A stretch of 48,559 nucleotides of DNA from a virus (Duplodnaviria > Caudoviricetes): positions 1 through 48,559 of the IMG/VR virus record IMGVR_UViG_3300037789_000029; one strand, written 5' to 3'. This document shows, one piece after another, positions 35,383-44,421 of this stretch. Within the stretch, counting starts at the first letter, position 1. Every line of letters starts with the position of its first letter. The notes under the pieces were generated by a model. That model searched no databases and had not been told where the DNA came from. It worked only from the letters and a program-made list of their open reading frames with translations. The position numbers and the translations under genes were made by a program.

Positions 35383-36788
35383 TAGTCTCCAAATTTCCGG
35401 AACATTGCTTTGTCTTTCAGGTATTGCGCGATCGCCGCCTCGTAGAAATCTTTATTCATCTCGATGCCGAGTGCGGACTTGGCGCCCATGTGCTCGCAAG
35501 TGGCGACCGCGTTGCCGGAACCTGCGGTGGGATCAATCATCACGGTGGAGCTGTCCACGAACATGCGGAAGAAATGGTGGAGCATGTTTACGGGCTTCTC
35601 GGATTTGTGGATTGACTTTTGGTTAGGGAAGGGGATTAGGTTTGAGACAGCTTGTACAACTGGGCGATCACCTCGGGTAGCCATGAGTGCAGTTTCGTAA
35701 ACCCATCGGGGGCCTCGCTTGGGGTCGGGAAGGACTCCTGAGTTGTCCGATCTATACCAGATGAGTGGCCGCTCCTGGACTTTCCATCCCATACGTTCCA
35801 GCGCATCCACAGTTTCCCCGTGGTAGCGGAAGGCGTACCAGAAGAGAAGATGGGCGGAAGGGGAAACGTGGGTTTCGGTGAAGGCAGATAATTCTTCAAG
35901 AAGGTTGAAGTATACATCTCGGCTGTCGGCGTAGCCCTCGAAGCTGCTGCCGGAACCGTGGTGTTTCTCCACGTCGATGCCATAGGGGAAGTCACAGTGG
36001 ATAAAGTTAAACTTAGGACCTGTGTAGGTGGGGTGCCAAGCGGAGAAATCCGCATTGATAAAGGGATGTTCGGGCTCGGGGAGTGAAAGGTCCAGTTCCC
36101 CACTGAGATCGTCTCCCCCAAGATCGGCTCTGTCGGGCTCCAGTTGATCGTCCACTCTTCCCTCGGAAAGTCCGTCGATTCGTCCAGGATTATGATCGGC
36201 TGATGTTTGTGGCGTTGCTTTAGCAGGCGTACCAATTCCGAGCATGTCTGCGAGCTTGTCTTCGTCATCAGCTTGTTCCCTTTCCAATTTGCGGACGAGA
36301 TAATTATAGGCCACGCTGGAGCGATCGGCTGCGCACACGAAAGCATCGCCTTCAGCTAAGGCGGTGGCAAGGGTGATCTGTTTGCTTACGTAGGCTTTAG
36401 ATTTACCCATCCAGGTTGCGGTTCGATCGAGCGACCAACGCTCATTACGCTCGGAAAGAATTGTGTGGAGGTCGAGGAAAGCCATGGCTTGGTCTTTCCA
36501 CTCAAGCTCGGAACGCTCAAGGTTTTCTTCCAGCTCGATAAGCCGCTGGGTTTCGGTAGGCTCTTCGTCGCGGATATGGACAAGGATTGTGTCCCAGCCT
36601 AGGTTCGTCGCGGCGGTATAGCGACGTTCGCCTGCGGTTAGGATCAAGTCGGATGTTACTGTGATGGGGTTAAGCTGGCCGATGAGAGACAGGGATGTTT
36701 GAAGCGAAGTCAGGTCGCCGAGGTCGCGCCGCTGTCGCTCGTTGCGGTTGATGGTGATGGAGTCGATGGGCACGAGTTTGACGGTCAT
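35382..36788 (-). CDS. ParB/Srx-like N-terminal domain fused to a beta-class N6/N4 DNA methyltransferase
   Basis: GQLNPITV..LTAGERRY.A, IELEENLER; motif IV DFPY, H..EKP, motif I DPTAGSG. Confidence 0.85.
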   Translation of the reverse strand: MTVKLVPIDSITINRNERQRRDLGDLTSLQTSLSLIGQLNPITVTSDLILTAGERRYTAATNLGWDTILVHIRDEEPTETQRLIELEENLERSELEWKDQAMAFLDLHTILSERNERWSLDRTATWMGKSKAYVSKQITLATALAEGDAFVCAADRSSVAYNYLVRKLEREQADDEDKLADMLGIGTPAKATPQTSADHNPGRIDGLSEGRVDDQLEPDRADLGGDDLSGELDLSLPEPEHPFINADFSAWHPTYTGPKFNFIHCDFPYGIDVEKHHGSGSSFEGYADSRDVYFNLLEELSAFTETHVSPSAHLLFWYAFRYHGETVDALERMGWKVQERPLIWYRSDNSGVLPDPKRGPRWVYETALMATRGDRPVVQAVSNLIPFPNQKSIHKSEKPVNMLHHFFRMFVDSSTVMIDPTAGSGNAVATCEHMGAKSALGIEMNKDFYEAAIAQYLKDKAMFRKFGD

Positions 36789-36805
36789 TTGATTTTAATC
36801 CTAGA

Positions 36806-36835
36806 AATGGAGAGAGGGGACCGAAGCCCCCTCCC
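36806..36835 (-). terminator. Terminator-like hairpin
   Basis: Minus GGGAGGGGGC-TTCG-GTCCCCTCTC; weak U-tail. Confidence 0.6.
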
Positions 36836-36861
36836 TATTAAGCAATGATGGACAAGGGAGG

Positions 36862-37329
36862 TTAGTCCAAAGGTGCCCAGTTGCGGAGGTTGATGAAGTT
36901 TTCCTCGGGATCATTCTCCTTCGGGGTCCACTCAACCTGGGCGAGGAACTGGTGGTTGGCCGAGGCGTCGAGCATCTGACGGATGGTCATGTCCTCTTCC
37001 AGCTCCACGCGAAGCGTACGCTCCATAAACTTCCGCATGTTCGCCATAGATTTGGCGCGGTCATTGTCGGCGTCCTCGTCAGTCGGGAACATAAAGCTAA
37101 CCCGGCTCTTGACTTTGGTTGCGCCGCCGAATGCTTCGAGTTGATCTTCGTCAACATCTGCCTCGGCATGAACGCCGGTCACGGGAAACTCGACAATATC
37201 CCAGTCACCTTTCTTGGTGCGAGAAATCACCGGAACCTTGGAAACTGCGAAGCAGTATGTGCCTTGCGGCGGGTCGAGCGGCTTTTCGACTTCTTCAACT
37301 TTTTGGTCGAGTGCTGCAGAAAAATCCAT
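36862..37329 (-). CDS. Putative single-stranded DNA-binding protein
   Basis: Acidic, P.GTY motif and OB-fold-like strand pattern; near the Sak4-like gene; strong RBS followed by a terminator. Confidence 0.5.
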   Translation of the reverse strand: MDFSAALDQKVEEVEKPLDPPQGTYCFAVSKVPVISRTKKGDWDIVEFPVTGVHAEADVDEDQLEAFGGATKVKSRVSFMFPTDEDADNDRAKSMANMRKFMERTLRVELEEDMTIRQMLDASANHQFLAQVEWTPKENDPEENFINLRNWAPLD

Positions 37330-37356
37330 GTTTATCTCCTTTGGATTTTCGGTTGG

Positions 37357-37956
37357 TTAAATCTGAACGAGGGGGATGCCCTTGTCCTCTATAGCGAACA
37401 GGACTTTGGCGCAGGCTTGTACGTCAGCCATAGCGTCGTGGGCGTCCTCGAACCCATCTGGGTCAACGTAGGCTCGGTAAGCCTCGTCGAGATTGGGCCA
37501 CTTGTATTTGCCAGGGAACTTCCCAGGAAGTTTCATCACGGGCTCAAGTGAAAGCATGGTGCAGAATTTCGGTTTGCTGTTCCACATGGAAAGCTCGCCG
37601 CCGACTCGGGTGATGGTATCAGAAATGCGTGGAGTGTCGTAGCGCGCATTGTGGAATACAACTCGATCTGCAATACGAGCGTACTGGTGGAAGATTTTGA
37701 TACCGATGGAGGTGGAGAACCAGCAGTGTTCAATATCTGCTCGGGTGAGTTTGTTGTCGATCCAGAATTTTTCATTGGGAATTACTCCGGCGGCGGTTGC
37801 GGTGGCTGGCTCCATCATGCAGGAAACATGGCCGACCGGGCGCTGGTTGTCGAATAGAATGCCAGCGATCTGGATTACCCAGGGCATGAGAGTAATGTCT
37901 GTTATGCCTTTCGGCGGGAGGCCGGTGGTCTCCGTGTCGGCTACGAGGGTTAGCAT
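37357..37956 (-). CDS. DEDDh 3'-5' exonuclease (DnaQ/epsilon-like)
   Basis: DTETTG, FHNARYD, AHDAMADV. Confidence 0.88.
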   Translation of the reverse strand: MLTLVADTETTGLPPKGITDITLMPWVIQIAGILFDNQRPVGHVSCMMEPATATAAGVIPNEKFWIDNKLTRADIEHCWFSTSIGIKIFHQYARIADRVVFHNARYDTPRISDTITRVGGELSMWNSKPKFCTMLSLEPVMKLPGKFPGKYKWPNLDEAYRAYVDPDGFEDAHDAMADVQACAKVLFAIEDKGIPLVQI

Positions 37957-38747
37957 TAGAGGGTTTCCTTGTACTTGGCGAAGATTGTGGCGAGGCCGGT
38001 CTCGAGGGGAAGTTTCTTCTCAAAGAGCCATGGGGCGACGGTTTTCACATCGAGCATGGGGTTTGGTACGGTCTCGATCACACGTTTGATATTCTCACCA
38101 CTGCCAGTTTTGGAGGCAAGTAGCAGGTTGTTGAACACCTTGGGAATATCTCCGCCCAGGGCTTTACCGATTGCGGTTACCTGTTGGAACATCCGGCCGT
38201 TTTCAGGTTCAATGAGCTGCAAGTGAGATGATACGATAACATGCGCCTGGAAGTTGACTGAGGTAAGAAGGTCGAGGACAGTCTTGATGGAGTCTTGTGC
38301 GGCACCATACCACTGGCGCGGGTCTTTGGCAGCTGGCTGTAAAGACTGCGCCCAAAGGAACGCTGCGCGACCGAAGGTGGTTAGCGTGTCCAAGACGAAC
38401 ACAGTGTTCTCGCCCCACTCGGATGGAGTTGAGCCATCGTCCCACTTGCCGAGGAATTTAATGGCCTGGGGATAAGCGCGGGCCGGGCCTTTGAGGGAGA
38501 GCCCTTTCGACGGATGGGACTGGAACTCGTCGCGAAGGACGATGTAGTCGAACTGGTTCAGGCGCTCCGGGCAATGGTGTTTGATAAGCTGGACGAGGGA
38601 AGCGGCGCCACCGTCCATGTCGAGCATACGGATTTCATATCCGGCCTCGATGAGGGAGAGCAGCGCGCCAGTTTTCCCGGTGCCACTGTCTCCAACGAGC
38701 AGGGTGCGGAAGTATGGGTCCGCAATTTGTTCACTGGCTTTGGCCAT
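37956..38747 (-). CDS. AAA ATPase, Sak4-like recombinase
   Basis: GDSGTGKT, LDMDGG, FVLDTLT, H in SSHL; start at 38747 or 38765. Confidence 0.7.
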   Translation of the reverse strand: MAKASEQIADPYFRTLLVGDSGTGKTGALLSLIEAGYEIRMLDMDGGAASLVQLIKHHCPERLNQFDYIVLRDEFQSHPSKGLSLKGPARAYPQAIKFLGKWDDGSTPSEWGENTVFVLDTLTTFGRAAFLWAQSLQPAAKDPRQWYGAAQDSIKTVLDLLTSVNFQAHVIVSSHLQLIEPENGRMFQQVTAIGKALGGDIPKVFNNLLLASKTGSGENIKRVIETVPNPMLDVKTVAPWLFEKKLPLETGLATIFAKYKETL

Positions 38748-38913
38748 CGGTGAGTGCCTTTCCAATATCGTTTTTAAGTCGGGTTAGCTCGGTGAGGGTT
38801 GACGGGCTAGGGAGCTCTTTTATGTCGGGATTGTTTGAAAGGCCACGAAGGTATCCGTTTACCTCACAAAGAGCGGCGAGCATCTCGAATGTTATTTCTA
38901 TCTTACGTGCCAT
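38731..38913 (-). CDS. Hypothetical protein (60 aa)
   Basis: Fits the coupled operon. Confidence 0.5.
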   Translation of the reverse strand: MARKIEITFEMLAALCEVNGYLRGLSNNPDIKELPSPSTLTELTRLKNDIGKALTDGQSQ

Positions 38914-39106
38914 CTTTTTGTTCCTTTAGGAGTTGCACAAGTGCGCGGGTTTTTTGCTCTAGCTCATAGGCTAAGTCAGTAACCCGCGTGTTAGTCCTGG
39001 GCACATACTGAAGGGTGACGAAAAAAGCTATCGCCCCTCGTGCGCGAAAGATGCGGAAATTATTCTCCGCTGCCTTCCGCTGCGCTTTGTTCATCGGCTT
39101 TCCCAT
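38903..39106 (-). CDS. Hypothetical protein (67 aa)
   Basis: GGAG RBS; operon context. Confidence 0.55.
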   Translation of the reverse strand: MGKPMNKAQRKAAENNFRIFRARGAIAFFVTLQYVPRTNTRVTDLAYELEQKTRALVQLLKEQKDGT

Positions 39107-39497
39107 GGGGCTCCTCCAGCAATCCGTTGGTGATGATCTTGACCAGCTTCTGTTTCTGCTCGTCGGAAAGAATTTTCCCGTTGAGCAAGGTGTTGGTGAC
39201 GGTGCTCTCCAGCATTATGCGAGGGGACCTGCGTCCGGTAGGGTTCTCGCGATCGGGCCAGTCGAAATGCACCTCGGCAATGGCGGTGTTTTGGGCACGG
39301 CTGATGTGGATGGTAGGGACTGCGTTGTAGCGGCCGCTTTGCACAGCGGATTTTGCCACGCGAAACTCCGGCGAGTCCTCGAAGAACTTTTGCAAAGTCT
39401 TGTCATGCTCGTTGAGTTCCTTCTGGAGTTTCTCCCGTGCTTCCAGTGCGCGGAGTACTTCTTCGTCGTCGCGATAGATTTTAAACACATGTTTCAT
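39060..39497 (-). CDS. Hypothetical protein (145 aa, MKHVFKIY...)
   Basis: AGGAGAG RBS before ATG 39497, inside the longer listed ORF. Confidence 0.6.
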   Translation of the reverse strand: MKHVFKIYRDDEEVLRALEAREKLQKELNEHDKTLQKFFEDSPEFRVAKSAVQSGRYNAVPTIHISRAQNTAIAEVHFDWPDRENPTGRRSPRIMLESTVTNTLLNGKILSDEQKQKLVKIITNGLLEEPHGKADEQSAAEGSGE

Positions 39498-39507
39498 CGG
39501 TCTCTCC

Positions 39508-40422
39508 TTACCGTTGCTTGAGTGGGTCCCAGCGAGGGGCTTGCTTGAAGTCTGCGTCGAGTGCGCGCTTGCGATGTTCCGGGATGCGAGAGCATACCTT
39601 GCGGAATTGACAGCCTCCATATTTATCACAGGCGGTATAATTGGGGGTGAAACTATTCCGAGCGGTATCCTGCTGAGCACGCTCAATAAGCGCAATGACA
39701 TCTTCTCTCCACTCCTCCAGAAGGGGCTCCGGTTTGTGGACGAAGCCTCGGGTGTACTCAGAAAAGCCAACCGCGATTTGAACTGCGTCGATAATAACGC
39801 CGGAGACTTTTTGCTCGAACATGATGCGGCCCGCGAAAGTGTAGCCGGACATCTGATAGTCTGGGTTGAAGTTGTTGAAGAAGTTTTTCGAGATGGTTGC
39901 GCCAGAGGTTTTCTGGTCCATCGCATAGACTTCTTCACCGAATTTTACCAGACGGTCGATGTGGCCGCAATAGACGATCTCATCTGTGAGGGGGATGGAG
40001 AAGGACAGCTCAACTGCCGGGGTTCCGTCCTTTAGATGGACTACCTGGGTTGGATCATCCTCGCCAAATTCCTCGAAGTACCAAACGATCGAGCGGATCA
40101 GAGTCTCGCGGGTCTTGGTGTTGTGAAGGGACTCCCAAGGTTTGCCGGTCTCTTTATCCCAGGTGGCGATAAGGGTTCGGCGGACAATCTCAATGATTGC
40201 GTCGTCGTGGGACCAGTCAGCTGCGCGAAGGACGAAATAATCCTCCAGCGCCTTTGCGTACCAGCCACCGAAAAGCAGGTGGACAGACTTTTCTACCGGC
40301 TGCCAGCCTTCGAGGTTTACCAACTGGTAGTACCTAGGGCACTTTGCGTAGTTGGAAATGGAGGTGGCGTCCCATGCGAACTGGACGCCCTCCTCGTTGA
40401 AGGATAGAAGCTCACTCATCAT
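39508..40422 (-). CDS. PD-(D/E)XK nuclease, Cas4/RecB-like with Fe-S cysteines
   Basis: CPRYY, GHIDRL, MDQKTS, QMSGY, C-terminal CDKYGGCQFRKVC. Confidence 0.85.
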   Translation of the reverse strand: MMSELLSFNEEGVQFAWDATSISNYAKCPRYYQLVNLEGWQPVEKSVHLLFGGWYAKALEDYFVLRAADWSHDDAIIEIVRRTLIATWDKETGKPWESLHNTKTRETLIRSIVWYFEEFGEDDPTQVVHLKDGTPAVELSFSIPLTDEIVYCGHIDRLVKFGEEVYAMDQKTSGATISKNFFNNFNPDYQMSGYTFAGRIMFEQKVSGVIIDAVQIAVGFSEYTRGFVHKPEPLLEEWREDVIALIERAQQDTARNSFTPNYTACDKYGGCQFRKVCSRIPEHRKRALDADFKQAPRWDPLKQR

Positions 40423-40488
40423 CGCTCTCCTTATTCGATGCTGGGTTTCCGCAGCGGTCAAGCTGCAATATGCAGAGCTATGATGCTC

Positions 40489-40737
40489 CTATAGGTCGAG
40501 GTCGTTGAGTAGGTCTTTGTTGATGCTCATTGCGGCGGATTGTTTCGCGGCTGTTTTGCTCGGCGCTTTTGCTGATCCGGCTGTTTTGTCCCCGACTTTG
40601 AAGCGGGCTCGGCGTTTGCGGAGCTCGGAGACCAACTGGGCCAATGACTGCTTGGTATGCTCGTGCGGATCACGGGCGAAGAGTTCTGCAATAGTTGTAG
40701 CTTCTTCTTCAACTGGCGACGTTGTTTGTTCAGACAT
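40489..40737 (-). CDS. Hypothetical protein (82 aa)
   Basis: GAGGAGAG RBS. Confidence 0.65.
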   Translation of the reverse strand: MSEQTTSPVEEEATTIAELFARDPHEHTKQSLAQLVSELRKRRARFKVGDKTAGSAKAPSKTAAKQSAAMSINKDLLNDLDL

Positions 40738-40819
40738 TTTCTCTCCTCTTTTAGTTTCTCTAGGTCTCTGATTGTTTTTATCAAAGCCAAACTAGTTTTT
40801 AAGATTTTTACATCACGAC

Positions 40820-41011
40820 TCAAAGATCAATCTCCTCTTTCGTCGGGGGCGGCTTGGCCTCTTTGTAATGTTTATCCACGAAGGCAGATAGGATAGTGCG
40901 GACCATTACGCTGGGGTGCTTGCTTGGGAATAGCTCAGCAACTTTTTCAAAGTCCCCCTCGCGGAAATTCATTGTTTTCTTAACGAGGTCTACGTCTTTG
41001 GATAGGGCCAT
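40820..41011 (-). CDS. Possible ribbon-helix-helix DNA-binding protein (63 aa)
   Basis: KKTMNF strand, then helix, then SVMVRTIL helix pattern. Confidence 0.45.
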   Translation of the reverse strand: MALSKDVDLVKKTMNFREGDFEKVAELFPSKHPSVMVRTILSAFVDKHYKEAKPPPTKEEIDL

Positions 41012-41014
41012 GGG

Positions 41015-41221
41015 TTAGCTCTCCGCTTTCTTGGCGATGAAAAGCTCTTTGTCGGGGTTTTGCTTTGAGATTATCAGGCTAAGGTTGGCAAATGTTGGGT
41101 CAGTTTTCTTTAGCGCGTAGAGCTTTTGGCGCAGCCTGTCGGGATCGTTTGTGGAAACAGCTATGCCGATTTGGGAACCAGCTGCTTTCATAAGCAATCC
41201 GATGAGCTCAGGCTTTTTCAT
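41015..41221 (-). CDS. Hypothetical protein (68 aa)
   Basis: Operon context. Confidence 0.6.
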   Translation of the reverse strand: MKKPELIGLLMKAAGSQIGIAVSTNDPDRLRQKLYALKKTDPTFANLSLIISKQNPDKELFIAKKAES

Positions 41222-41240
41222 TGGGTTTTCCTAGAAGGGT

Positions 41241-41331
41241 TCCCCAGCCCGGGGGAGGAAAGGAGAGTCTCAAGGGACCGGGCTGGGGAGATCGAGAGGG
41301 GCGAAAGTTCTGCCGGGCAATCGCCCCTCTC
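41241..41331 (-). ncRNA. Tandem-hairpin structured intergenic RNA (candidate sRNA or terminator)
   Basis: Perfect 12-bp (41241-52/41278-89) and 11-bp (41294-304/41321-31) inverted repeats. Confidence 0.4.
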
Positions 41332-41354
41332 TATGGCGTGTAGGGGAGGACTCC

Positions 41355-41906
41355 TTACAGCGCCAATTCTTCGGTGCCAGCCTCGGACAGCTTGTTGCGG
41401 GCGTTGACAGCTTTCTTCGCCGCGTCCTGATAGTCTTTCGAGTCGGCCAGTTTGGCAACGGCGTTCTCGTACTTCTCCTTGCCCTCGTCGGTCTCGGTGT
41501 ATGCCTTGACGGTAACGCCTTTTTTCTTGAGCATACCGGCGACTGCGGCTTTGGCGAGTTTGATGGCCTCGGCCTCGATCGGGTCTTTCGGGCGTGCGCC
41601 GCCACCTGCGGAAGCGAGGGTGAAGATATAGTCCTCGTCATAGGCTTTGACCACAGCGGCCAGTTCGGACAGGGTGGCCGAGTCGAGTTCCGCGCCCTCT
41701 GGCATAACTTTCTTGCCCTCGGGGCCTTCGACCATGAGCTTTTCCTGCTCGGCCTTGACCTTGCTCGCCATGTTGTTGCGGATGTTCTCGGCGCGAACCT
41801 GGTTGAGGGCTTTGGCCTCGGCTTCAGTAATGGGGTGGCCCTCGGAATAGGGCTGCATTACCGAGAAAACAACGCCTTGGATTGTGATGTCTTTCATGTC
41901 TGCCAT
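41355..41906 (-). CDS. Hypothetical protein (183 aa)
   Basis: AGGAG RBS, its own promoter, Ala/Lys/Glu-rich helical composition. Confidence 0.75.
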   Translation of the reverse strand: MADMKDITIQGVVFSVMQPYSEGHPITEAEAKALNQVRAENIRNNMASKVKAEQEKLMVEGPEGKKVMPEGAELDSATLSELAAVVKAYDEDYIFTLASAGGGARPKDPIEAEAIKLAKAAVAGMLKKKGVTVKAYTETDEGKEKYENAVAKLADSKDYQDAAKKAVNARNKLSEAGTEELAL

Positions 41907-41974
41907 GATTGGCTCCTGTGTTGTGGGTGGTTAGTTAATGTAAACCCGTGGTGCCGATCATCCGGCATACATCG

Positions 41975-42003
41975 GATATATGGTATATGCCGCCGGGTTG
42001 CAA
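41975..42003 (-). promoter_or_regulatory. Sigma70-like promoter
   Basis: TTGCAA-N17-TATATC with an upstream A-tract. Confidence 0.45.
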
Positions 42004-42029
42004 GGGGTTTTTTCAGTTTTGGTATGGGT

Positions 42030-42064
42030 GGTATGGTCCGTTTCCGGTGTGAACGAACCATACC
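42030..42064 (-). promoter_or_regulatory. 35-bp palindromic motif, copy 5 (plus an extra half-site at 42021-42027)
   Basis: Minus: GGTATGG-ttc-GTTCAC-acc-GGAAAC-gga-CCATACC. Confidence 0.8.
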
Positions 42065-42073
42065 ATAGCTGGA

Positions 42074-42367
42074 TCAAAGGTCTTCGACTGACTCAAGGAG
42101 TTCTCTATAGGTAGTTATTTGTTTCTCCATCTGGTCGAGTTTCATGTGAACCAACCCGATCATATGCGCAAAATTCTCTACACTATTTGCCGCTTCCTCA
42201 GGCGGACTGAAGTTTACAACACGAGATGTAACAATATCAAATCGGTTGTTTAGTCCTTCCATGTGATCTGTCATTGATTGGATACGATCCACTATTTCAG
42301 CTAGCCGGTTGGATTTCGGCATCTCGTCTAAGATTGCATTTCTGCTGTCGATTACATCTTCCATCAT
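42074..42367 (-). CDS. Hypothetical coiled-coil protein (~97 aa)
   Basis: ATG overlaps the helicase stop; AGGAG RBS. Confidence 0.55.
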   Translation of the reverse strand: MMEDVIDSRNAILDEMPKSNRLAEIVDRIQSMTDHMEGLNNRFDIVTSRVVNFSPPEEAANSVENFAHMIGLVHMKLDQMEKQITTYRELLESVEDL

Positions 42368-43863
42368 TCTTCTCCTTGGATGAAATTGCTGGTTTCGAGA
42401 TAGGTGAGGTTCCGTTTCGTTCGGGTACAGGCGACGTAGCGGAGGTTGGGGTCCTGGCCCTCGTCGGACATGAGGAACTCGTCGAGGATGAATACTTCGT
42501 TGAACTCGTGCCCTTTGGATTTGTGGCAGGTGAGTAGGTTGATAGTGCCTGTGTTGGTGAAGAGGTTTTGTGCGTAGTCCATGGCCTCGCCCAGGGTGCG
42601 GTTTTCTTCGAGGAACATTTTGATGCACTCGTATTGGTCGAGGACCGGGCCTTTCTTTTTGGCCTTTTTCAGTTTCTTGTCTCGCCATTCAACCAGTGCG
42701 GCAAGGGCGGTTTCTTGAAGAGAGCTGCGACCGCCTAAGTCTTTCATAGTTTTGAGCAAGCCTGCCGCAATGTCGTTGGCCCAAAGTTTCGCGTAGCGAT
42801 GCTGGCGAAGGAGCTTAATGGCGAGGGAAAACAACGGAGCGTTGTTGCGGCAAAGGATGGCACACTCTCGGGGGAGATCGTCGGTAGTCCAGCCGGCTTT
42901 GTGCTCGATCGCCCCTTCTGTGTTGGACGGGAACCAGCGCATGTGAGGCGTTTTCCAATGAACATGCTTTACGATCATCTCCGGGCAGCGGAAGGTGGTG
43001 CTGAGGGAAAATTCCTTCATGTCGAAGCGGGAGATAAGCTGGTCCATGCCGTCCTCAAAGGCACCTCGGAAGGCGTAGATGGCTTGGTTCGAGTCACCAA
43101 CCGCGATCATCCTGCGCCGATAAAGTTGATCCAGCATCTCGTGGTTGAGGGGGGACAGGTCCTGCGCCTCGTCGACGAGGATGAGGGTGAAGATGGGATA
43201 GCGGCACTTGAACAAGCTGGGGAAAAGGATTTGATCTCCGAAGTCGATTGTGCCTTCCATGGCCCTAAAGGCTGAGCGATTGAGGAGCATGATTAGTGCC
43301 TCGGTGAAGGTGTGGGATACCTTCTCGTCGAGGGAAGCGATTAGCTCCTCGTCCGTCATGAGACGTTTGCAGTTGTGCATAACGGAGATTTCCTCAAAGA
43401 ACCGATCGGGCAGGTGGCCAGCGGACTTTGCGTGGTTGGCGCATTGGAGGAGATAGGCAAACTCCTCACGCAGTTCCTCTGCCTCGGCGCGGGAGAACTC
43501 TTTCTCGAGAAGGTCTACTAGGATTTGATAATTTTTCTTGTCGTTGAGTTTAAGCCGGGTGCCGAGGTACCCACCCCAAGCACGATGGCCGAGGGAATTA
43601 AGCGTCATGCTTGTGCAGTTGGAAGGAAGCTCGGCCTTCATCTCATTGGCGATTGATTTGTTGAAGGCAAGGCAGATGATGTTGGTCTGCGGCAAGGCAT
43701 GTGCCAGGAGTTTCAGAGTGCTCGTTTTGGCCGCACCTGCGAGAGCGCCGATCGCCATGTTACCATCCTCGCGAAGGGCGTGGTTGACGATTGCAGTTTG
43801 TTCCTCGCTGGGAGCGTAAGGCAGGGTGGCGAGGTACTTTGTGTAGGATTTAGGGTATTCCAT
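42364..43863 (-). CDS. UvrD/Rep-like superfamily 1 helicase
   Basis: ALAGAAKT, LVDEAQD, VGDSNQAIYAFRGA, TFRCP, TCHKSKGHEF, YVACTR; AAGGAG RBS before 43863. Confidence 0.9.
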   Translation of the reverse strand: MEYPKSYTKYLATLPYAPSEEQTAIVNHALREDGNMAIGALAGAAKTSTLKLLAHALPQTNIICLAFNKSIANEMKAELPSNCTSMTLNSLGHRAWGGYLGTRLKLNDKKNYQILVDLLEKEFSRAEAEELREEFAYLLQCANHAKSAGHLPDRFFEEISVMHNCKRLMTDEELIASLDEKVSHTFTEALIMLLNRSAFRAMEGTIDFGDQILFPSLFKCRYPIFTLILVDEAQDLSPLNHEMLDQLYRRRMIAVGDSNQAIYAFRGAFEDGMDQLISRFDMKEFSLSTTFRCPEMIVKHVHWKTPHMRWFPSNTEGAIEHKAGWTTDDLPRECAILCRNNAPLFSLAIKLLRQHRYAKLWANDIAAGLLKTMKDLGGRSSLQETALAALVEWRDKKLKKAKKKGPVLDQYECIKMFLEENRTLGEAMDYAQNLFTNTGTINLLTCHKSKGHEFNEVFILDEFLMSDEGQDPNLRYVACTRTKRNLTYLETSNFIQGEE

Positions 43864-43876
43864 TGGAGTAGGCTCC

Positions 43877-44149
43877 TTAGTTTTCGATGAAAGTTGCTTG
43901 GCCATTTTTCGCTAGAATGTAAATCTGGCGGACGGGTAGATTTAGCTCGCGTGCGGCTGCGGCAATTGAGGGGTAGGTTTCTCCTTTCAGTTTAATCGGG
44001 CGGAATTTCTCCTTTGTCCCTGTGCGGGAAAGGCGCCCGAGACGGATTGACTCGCGGATACTGTCGGGTTTAAGGCCCAGTGCTTTGGCAGCTTCCGCGC
44101 GGCTGGGGTAGGTAACTCCATTTATGGTGGTTGGTTTCTTGGCTACCAT
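43877..44149 (-). CDS. Tandem NUMOD1-like DNA-binding repeat protein
   Basis: INGVTYPSRAEAAKALG and LKGETYPSIAAAARELN. Confidence 0.7.
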   Translation of the reverse strand: MVAKKPTTINGVTYPSRAEAAKALGLKPDSIRESIRLGRLSRTGTKEKFRPIKLKGETYPSIAAAARELNLPVRQIYILAKNGQATFIEN

Positions 44150-44421
44150 AGTAGGTTGATCTCCTCGAGGTTGTTGGCGAAGCGTTCGGAGTTTTTCTTG
44201 GAATAGGCGCGGCGGGGGACGAGTTTGTATTCATTGCGCCAGAGTGGGCCGATAAGGCAATGTATCTGCTCGGCTGTTCCGAACCACGAATATGTTGGAT
44301 CGCTGGTTAGGCAAGTGCCGGACTGGTGGAGGAGTTTCCCCGTTTCCCTGTGTTGGGCACGGAACTTGTCAGTCATCATGTTGAAACTGATTAGGAAATC
44401 ATCTGCGCGTTTTACTTTCAT
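44143..44421 (-). CDS. Hypothetical protein (92 aa)
   Basis: Coupled operon. Confidence 0.55.
   Translation of the reverse strand: MKVKRADDFLISFNMMTDKFRAQHRETGKLLHQSGTCLTSDPTYSWFGTAEQIHCLIGPLWRNEYKLVPRRAYSKKNSERFANNLEEINLLW

Noticed and set aside
39508-40422. Cas4-like gene as part of a CRISPR system
   Set aside because: No array or other cas genes. It sits with Sak4-like and SSB-like genes, a normal phage recombination module.
40527-40823. 98-aa ORF overlapping the 82-aa gene
   Set aside because: TTG start and long out-of-frame overlap with a gene that has a strong RBS; a real product cannot be excluded but is unsupported.
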